Assembly: GCA_022571215.1 (NCBI GenBank) | Contig: JACZYG010000009.1 | Coordinates: 18,663-82,662 of the forward strand | Length of the DNA stretch: 64,000 nucleotides | Origin: Fidelibacterota bacterium | GTDB lineage: Bacteria > Fidelibacterota > SORT01 | Reading direction: 5' to 3' | In this document: positions 58,272-64,000 of the stretch, in pieces | Position numbering within the stretch: position 1 is the stretch's first letter | Layout: every line of letters starts with the position of its first letter | Program-made: the position numbers and the translations under genes | The notes under the pieces: generated by a model | What the model saw: the letters and a program-made list of their open reading frames with translations, nothing else | Databases searched by the model: none | Told to the model about the DNA's origin: nothing

Positions 58272-59420
58272 TTATTTTCTTCGATTTAACACTATCATTA
58301 CACCGAACAGGATCAACGACACTATTCCGGTGTAACCGAAGACTTGAACCAACCCGATACTCTCGACCAACGGTTGCGTGACGATAGGAGTCATAAATTG
58401 AGCCAAAAATATAAAAGTGGTGAGCCCGCTTATAGCCCTCCCTCTTATGTCGGGAGAAATTACGGAAGCAAGCCATACATTGAGAGTAGGCGGGAATAAG
58501 CCTAATGATACTCCTCCAAACAGCATGCTGAACAAAATGACCGAATAATTAGTAGACATTGCTACGATCAGGTGATTTATACCGATGGATAAAAATATCA
58601 GCGCAAACATCAACTGAAATGATAATAATGCCTTTATCTTGCTGTAATTAATTGAGATAATAATCGCTATCGGGGTTTGAAAAGCTAGAAACAGACCTAC
58701 CTGAGTGTTACTTAGCCCCAATTGACTCTTAAGTAAAAACGGGAGTTGGACCGGGAAGATAAAAATAAATAACATAGATACGAAACCAAGCGCATAAATG
58801 CCAAATATCGGCTTATATCTAACTTCAATTCCGATTTCACTATTTATTTCTAATTTTGGCGTAGCCGGAATTTTCGGTTCGGATATAAAGAATATTATTC
58901 CGGGAAGTATTAGTAGTCCGAATAGGTGGATCAGAAACGGGTATTTCCATCCGATATCCGCAAGAACACCTGATATTGACAGCGTGAACAATCCTCCAAT
59001 GGCAAGAAATGCGCCTTGATATCCCATATATTTTTCGAGCTCTTTTCCGTGAAAATAATCAATCAAGAGAGTAGTTATTCCGCTGATTGTTCCCGCAACA
59101 GCTAATCCCAATACGACCCTGCTCAGCAACAAAATGTATAATGAATCGATTATGAACCCGGATGTACCGGCTAAAACGTAAATTATCAATCCTAATATCA
59201 GAATGGGCTTCCTGCCCCATTTATCCAACAGATAGCCGAAAAAGAATGCGGTCAACGCGATGGCAAGTGACGGGATCGTCAGGACCAGTTTTACAAGAAA
59301 TTCCGAATTAGGCACATTTCGGAAATAAACACTCATATCAGGTATAGCGGTAGCTATCCCCACAGCCGAAATGACGGAGATGATACTTCCAAGGAGGAGA
59401 GTAAGGTTACGTAATTTCAT
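58272..59420 (-). CDS. MFS transporter
   Basis: 382 aa; about 12 TM helices; GYLLDKWGRKP (the MFS motif A between TM2 and TM3). Confidence 0.8.
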   Translation of the reverse strand: MKLRNLTLLLGSIISVISAVGIATAIPDMSVYFRNVPNSEFLVKLVLTIPSLAIALTAFFFGYLLDKWGRKPILILGLIIYVLAGTSGFIIDSLYILLLSRVVLGLAVAGTISGITTLLIDYFHGKELEKYMGYQGAFLAIGGLFTLSISGVLADIGWKYPFLIHLFGLLILPGIIFFISEPKIPATPKLEINSEIGIEVRYKPIFGIYALGFVSMLFIFIFPVQLPFLLKSQLGLSNTQVGLFLAFQTPIAIIISINYSKIKALLSFQLMFALIFLSIGINHLIVAMSTNYSVILFSMLFGGVSLGLFPPTLNVWLASVISPDIRGRAISGLTTFIFLAQFMTPIVTQPLVESIGLVQVFGYTGIVSLILFGVMIVLNRRK

Positions 59421-59492
59421 TATCTCCGATTTCGAGCTCTAATTCTAATGTTGTTTTACTACTCTCTTTGCTTTGAGAAAATCAGTTTTTAA

Positions 59493-60059
59493 CTATTTGA
59501 TACTCGTGATTCCGAGAAAAAGTGTGAGATTGTTTTTTAAATCCTGTATATCCTCTTGAATTATTTCCAATCCATATATTTCCGCGCATGATTTCGCTGC
59601 TATTACCGCAACCGAGTCAGGTAATTTCCCATCTGTTAACCGCCGGGCTGATTCAGCTGTGTCGTCTGCTTCCACAAGTGGTCTTGTCCAGAAATGCTCC
59701 GCTAAAAAATCCTTGCACTGTCTTAAAGCCTGTGGATGAGAGTGTATTTCGGTAATATTTCCCATAAGCGTTCCAGGTTTTACAAGGAGATTTTGACTTA
59801 TTGGAACGTAAAACATTTCCACAATTTCGCATTTATGTCCTGCAAGCGCATTTATACTCTCAATCACTACACCGCCTTTTGCGTTTTCCATGGCAAATAC
59901 GCCAAATTCGACACTCTTTTTTTCTACTGTGGCAAGAACCTCTTCTGACGAAATAAGGTACTCTAAGTCATATGGCTCAATGCCGTTATTGCTCGCAAAT
60001 ATATGTGCGGCTTCTTCTGAAAAACTTCCCTTTCCGCCCATCACTCCTATCAGAGACAA
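59493..60059 (-). CDS. Prephenate dehydratase domain protein (PDT only, no ACT domain)
   Basis: 188 aa; PDT-like blocks (GGKGSFSEEAA; TEIHSHPQALRQC). Confidence 0.6.
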   Translation of the reverse strand: MSLIGVMGGKGSFSEEAAHIFASNNGIEPYDLEYLISSEEVLATVEKKSVEFGVFAMENAKGGVVIESINALAGHKCEIVEMFYVPISQNLLVKPGTLMGNITEIHSHPQALRQCKDFLAEHFWTRPLVEADDTAESARRLTDGKLPDSVAVIAAKSCAEIYGLEIIQEDIQDLKNNLTLFLGITSIK

Positions 60060-60284
60060 TCTTATACTCCTATTTAAACTATTCGTTCTAAATTATTTCC
60101 TATCCAATTCTTCTCTAACCGCTTTTCCAAGCTGAAAGCAAATGTATAATGGCTTTATCACGGTATCAACCAGAATGTTTCTTGAAATCCAAATTTTTTT
60201 AAATTAATAATACGTTTAATTCCTAATAAAATGCTTATATTTTCATCCTGATTTTATGGATAGTGAACACAGAGAATATTATAA

Positions 60285-61316
60285 GTGAAAATAGCATTAT
60301 TAGGATTACCCCAATCAGGAAAGCGAACCTTGTTCTCTCTTCTTACCGGCAGAGAAACGATAACGGGACAAGTTACAGAACATATAGAAGGAATAGCCCC
60401 CGTTAGAGATCCGCGTGTCGATAAAATTTCGGAAATTGAAAAACCTGAAAAAATCACATACGCGGAAACAGAAATAAAACTCTGTCCTGATATTGATCCC
60501 GGTAGCGGAAGCAACCTCTGGATTGAGCCGGCCAAATTAAGTGACCTCCTTTGTATTCTTATTAGAGACTTTTCTTCGGAGGAAGTTTATCATCCCTCCG
60601 GCTCTGTAAATTCTGAAAGAGACAGAAATAATATAGAAACGGAATTACTGATCGCAGACCTCTCCTTGATTGAAAAACGTCTTGAGAAAATTGCTAAAGA
60701 CAGGAAAAAATTAAAACCGACTCATACTCAACTCCTGGAAGAGAATACTATCAGAAAATTTCAGACAAAGCTCGAAGATAACCTTTTTCTTAATTCCCTT
60801 GAACTGGACGAGGAAGAATATGCTTCGGTAAACAGCTTAAACTTTCTCACTTTAAAACCGGTTCTTTGGTGTCTGAATGTAGATGAAGATAAGGTCGCTG
60901 AGGTCAATGATGATAATATTTTCAGGGTTTCCGCGCTGATAGAAAAAGAGATTGCCGCCATCAGCGAACCGACAGAACGTTCCGCGTTTCTCAATGATCT
61001 GGGATTAAGCGAATCCGGTGTCAACCGCTTAAATTCCATTGCTTATGATCTGTTAGGACTAATGTCATTTTACACTATGGGTGAAGATGAAACCCGGGCA
61101 TGGACCATCAGGAAAAACACTTTGGCTCCGGTTGCGGGAGGAAAGATTCATACCGATATTGAAAGAGGGTTTATCCGTGTGGAGGTAATTAAGTTCGACG
61201 ATCTACTCAATGCCGGGAGCGAAAAAGCCGTGAAGGCTTCAGGAAAAGCTCTGCTGAAGGGTAAAGATTATATCATTGAAGACGGTGATATATGTAATTT
61301 CCGGTTTAATGTTTGA
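60285..61316 (+). CDS. Divergent YchF/Obg-like GTPase paralog with an altered P-loop and a C-terminal TGS-like domain
   Basis: 343 aa; KIALLGLPQSGKRTLF (P-loop Lys followed by Arg instead of Ser/Thr); C-terminal MSFYTMGEDETRAWTIRKNTLAPVAGGKIHTDIERGFIRVEVIKFDDL parallels the YchF TGS region (FFTTQSNEVKAWTVTDGTSAAESAGKIHSDIQSGFIKADIIKYEDL). Confidence 0.65.
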   Translation: MKIALLGLPQSGKRTLFSLLTGRETITGQVTEHIEGIAPVRDPRVDKISEIEKPEKITYAETEIKLCPDIDPGSGSNLWIEPAKLSDLLCILIRDFSSEEVYHPSGSVNSERDRNNIETELLIADLSLIEKRLEKIAKDRKKLKPTHTQLLEENTIRKFQTKLEDNLFLNSLELDEEEYASVNSLNFLTLKPVLWCLNVDEDKVAEVNDDNIFRVSALIEKEIAAISEPTERSAFLNDLGLSESGVNRLNSIAYDLLGLMSFYTMGEDETRAWTIRKNTLAPVAGGKIHTDIERGFIRVEVIKFDDLLNAGSEKAVKASGKALLKGKDYIIEDGDICNFRFNV

Positions 61317-61350
61317 ATCTGAAATTAGACAACGGTCAGCATAAATCAAT

Positions 61351-61374
61351 AACCCCTGGATTAATCCAGGGGTT
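61351..61374. terminator. Bidirectional terminator hairpin between convergent genes
   Basis: Perfect inverted repeat aacccctgga-ttaa-tccaggggtt; T-rich flank on the minus-strand side. Confidence 0.5.
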
Positions 61375-61403
61375 ACTGAGATTACCAATGTCTCATGAAG
61401 CTG

Positions 61404-63449
61404 TTACCAGATCTTTACTCTCTTTTCTACGGGTATAAACATTTTGTCACCCTCTTTCACGTCGAACGCCTCATAAAATTCAGGCATATTTTGCAATGCT
61501 CCGGTTACGCGATAATTTCCCGGAGAATGCGGATCTGTAAGAATCCTTTGTCGAAGCGCCTTTTCCCTCATATTGCGGCGCCATACCTGCGCCCAACCGA
61601 TAAAGAAGCGTTGATCACCTGTTAACCCGTCTATCAGAGGCGCTTCCTTCCCGTTCAACGAGTTTTTATAAGCTCTATACGCTACCGTTAATCCTGCCAT
61701 GTCGCCTATGTTTTCGCCGAGAGTCAGTTCGCCGTTCAGATAAACGGAATCAAGAGGAGAAAATGCGCTGAACTGGTCTATCATTACCTGCGCGCGTTCG
61801 TTAAATTTCTTTTCATCCTCTTCCGTCCACCACTCCTTCAGATTTCCATCGCCATCGGATTTTCTGCCTTGATCATCGTAACCATGACTAAGTTCATGAC
61901 CGATAACCGCTCCGATCCCACCGTAATTAACCGCGTCATCCGCCTGCATATTAAAGAACGGCGGTTGTAGAATGGCAGCTGGAAACACTACTTCATTCAT
62001 AGACGGATTGTAATATGCGTTTACGGTCTGTGGATTCATGAACCATTCGTTTCTGTCTATCGGACCTGGAAGTTTTGCCATTGCTTTGTCGTCCACAAAC
62101 TTATTATATCTTAAGTAATTACCAATCAGGTCGTCTTCTTTTATCTCAAGATCAGAATAATCTTTCCATACGTCGGGATATCCGATCTTAGAGCTGAACT
62201 TGGAGAGTTTTATAAGCGCTTGAGCCTTGGTTTCCTCTCCCATCCATTCCAAACCTTTCAGACGTTCTTCCATTGCAGCTTCGAGATTATGAACTAGCTC
62301 TACCATTCTTTCTTTAGCGGCAGGTGTAAAATGCTTTTGGACATATATTTTACCTACAGCCTCGCCAAGGATCAGATCAACCGCGCTTACTCCTCTTTTC
62401 CAGCGAGGAAGGTTCTCTTCAATGCCGTTCAATGTTTTGCTGTACATATCAAAATTTGCATCGACAAAATCGGCGTTCAGTTCGGCAGCGAACGCATCAT
62501 ACAGGTGCCAGGTGAAATACACTTTCCAATCGTCAACAGATACTTCTTTCCATTTTTTGTTAAATCCCTCAAGATAGGATGGCTGCCGGACGACAACTTC
62601 CTGTGTTTCCGCTACTCCGATCCCTGCATAAAATGCCTTCCAATCAAAATTTGGAGTCAATTCGTTCAACCCGGCAAGGTCATGCTTATTGTATGTCTTA
62701 TCCCTATCCCGGTTTTCAACTCTTGTCCAATGATGTTCGGCAAGTCCTGTCTCGATCTCCATCACACGCTCGGCTTTCGATTTTGCATCGTCTATTCCTG
62801 CTAAAGTAAATATATTCGCGATGTGCTCTTCGTATTTTTCGCGAATCGTATCAAACCTTTCTCCCTCCTTTAGATAGTAATCTCTGTCAGGAAGTCCAAG
62901 TCCGGATTGATTCGCGTAAAGAATGTATCGGGTTGTTTCCTTAGAATCTTGACTTACAGAAATACCTATCGGTGTCTTGACGCCTTTCTTTTGAATTTGC
63001 ACAAAAAGGTCAAGCAGATCATCGTAGCTTGACACACTTTGAATTTTTGATAATTCACCCGCAAGAGGCGTAATTCCTAATTCCTCGATTAAATCGGTAT
63101 TCATGTAGCTTCTATAGAATGCGCCTACTTTAAGCATCTCTTCACTTTGTTCCTCTTCTCCGGTGGATGCCGCATCAATTATAGATTTTAGACGTTCATC
63201 GCTCATATCGCGTAATTCAGTAAAAGAGCCATAATTTGATTTATCCGCGGGGATTTCGGTATTAGCGAGCCACGTTCCGTTGACATACTGATAGATATCG
63301 TCCTGTGGACGAACGGATGTGTCAAAATTTGACATCTCTATTCCCGATGATAGCGTTTTATCTTCCGTTTTTGTTTCCATGTTAGAGCTTCCGGCTGAAC
63401 AACCGGTCAGTAGAAGCGCGGAAAACAGTGATAGCGTGTAATTTTTCAT
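61404..63449 (-). CDS. M13-family zinc metalloendopeptidase (PepO/neprilysin-like) lipoprotein
   Basis: 681 aa; lipobox LLLTGC; HEXXH (VIGHELSHGYD); NAYY and ExxxD motifs. Confidence 0.9.
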   Translation of the reverse strand: MKNYTLSLFSALLLTGCSAGSSNMETKTEDKTLSSGIEMSNFDTSVRPQDDIYQYVNGTWLANTEIPADKSNYGSFTELRDMSDERLKSIIDAASTGEEEQSEEMLKVGAFYRSYMNTDLIEELGITPLAGELSKIQSVSSYDDLLDLFVQIQKKGVKTPIGISVSQDSKETTRYILYANQSGLGLPDRDYYLKEGERFDTIREKYEEHIANIFTLAGIDDAKSKAERVMEIETGLAEHHWTRVENRDRDKTYNKHDLAGLNELTPNFDWKAFYAGIGVAETQEVVVRQPSYLEGFNKKWKEVSVDDWKVYFTWHLYDAFAAELNADFVDANFDMYSKTLNGIEENLPRWKRGVSAVDLILGEAVGKIYVQKHFTPAAKERMVELVHNLEAAMEERLKGLEWMGEETKAQALIKLSKFSSKIGYPDVWKDYSDLEIKEDDLIGNYLRYNKFVDDKAMAKLPGPIDRNEWFMNPQTVNAYYNPSMNEVVFPAAILQPPFFNMQADDAVNYGGIGAVIGHELSHGYDDQGRKSDGDGNLKEWWTEEDEKKFNERAQVMIDQFSAFSPLDSVYLNGELTLGENIGDMAGLTVAYRAYKNSLNGKEAPLIDGLTGDQRFFIGWAQVWRRNMREKALRQRILTDPHSPGNYRVTGALQNMPEFYEAFDVKEGDKMFIPVEKRVKIW

Positions 63450-63630
63450 TACTTAATCTCCAATTATAATCTGTTTGCATCTATTCATTTCCTTTATATC
63501 TCTAAATCGGATAATCAAACGATGTTCAATTCCCGAAATCATAAAATTATCATCTTATCCCCTGAAAACGTAGAGAAGTATATAGCAGGTAAGAGGGTAA
63601 TGTCAATGATTTTACGTAGTTCAAAAAAAC

Positions 63631-63665
63631 ATGAATAAAAAAGCTCCCTAATATTTTAGGGAGCT
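63631..63665 (-). terminator. Intrinsic terminator downstream of the minus-strand outer-membrane gene
   Basis: agctcccta-atatttt-agggagct hairpin; on the minus strand it is followed by TTTTTTATT. Confidence 0.45.
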
Positions 63666-63721
63666 TTTAATTCCGTTAGCCTTACACTTGCAGGATTAAA
63701 ATCCTGTGTAATAGGTATTCG

Positions 63722-64000
63722 TTAGAAGAAATACCTCAGCCCAAACTGAACCTGCCATCGCGAAAATAAGCCTGGGTGATCAATATAAGTCTCCGCAGGT
63801 CCTGTAAAGTTGAGCTCAGGAACACCGTTGTTATCATATCCGGTAAATCTTATTGGTGAAGTTGCAGCAACGGTGGCTACTTTTCTTACACCCCAGTTTG
63901 AATTAAGGAGATTGGCTACATTTAGTATGTCAAGACTCAACTGTATTTTATGACTCGTCTCACCGACTGACAGCGCATAATCCTGGAGTATACGCAAATC
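63722..64000 (-). CDS. C-terminal end of an outer-membrane beta-barrel protein (TonB-dependent-receptor-like); partial, N-terminus lies beyond the window
   Basis: The translation ends ...FSRWQVQFGLRYFF*, with terminal aromatic residues typical of the last beta strand of TBDR/OMPs. The reading frame is open to the window edge. Confidence 0.5.
   Translation of the reverse strand, partial: DLRILQDYALSVGETSHKIQLSLDILNVANLLNSNWGVRKVATVAATSPIRFTGYDNNGVPELNFTGPAETYIDHPGLFSRWQVQFGLRYFF

Overview
This is a 64 kb window of a Gram-negative-type bacterial chromosome. It is roughly mid-GC, gene-dense and mostly plus/minus operons of core genes. From the left: the 3' end of a phoH-like gene, a LysM protein, aspS, and a complete F1Fo ATP synthase operon on the minus strand (atpI-like and AtpZ-like small genes, then atpBEFHAGDC). 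Upstream of it sit bactofilin, an M23 peptidase and parAB. On the plus strand follow secDF, a STAS protein and purA, then a biotin-enzyme operon (biotin carboxylase, BCCP, a split methylmalonyl-CoA mutase large subunit, birA, coaX, CN-hydrolase). Next come an orphan heavy-metal efflux module (TolC-like, HMBD protein, CusB-like MFP, no RND pump), a Rieske/cytochrome b-diheme c complex, outer-membrane proteins, ychF, lpxBK, ctpA, exbB-exbD-exbD-tonB, a PfkB kinase with an MtnA/eIF2B-like isomerase, MoxR-DUF58, a response regulator, an MFS transporter, a divergent second YchF-like GTPase and an M13 peptidase. I saw no rRNA, tRNA or CRISPR. The clear accessory element is a ~1.5 kb AT-rich islet at 35.0-36.7 kb carrying one gene for a standalone SIR2_2-family (ThsA-like NADase fold) protein. 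It is bracketed by 121-bp imperfect direct repeats that duplicate the 3' end of the cytochrome b/c gene, which is the signature of site-specific integration of a candidate single-gene defense islet. A second unexplained element is a highly structured, palindrome-rich intergenic region between parA and the next gene, ending in an intrinsic terminator; it is a candidate small RNA. All calls are from reading the sequence and translations by eye; no database searches were run.
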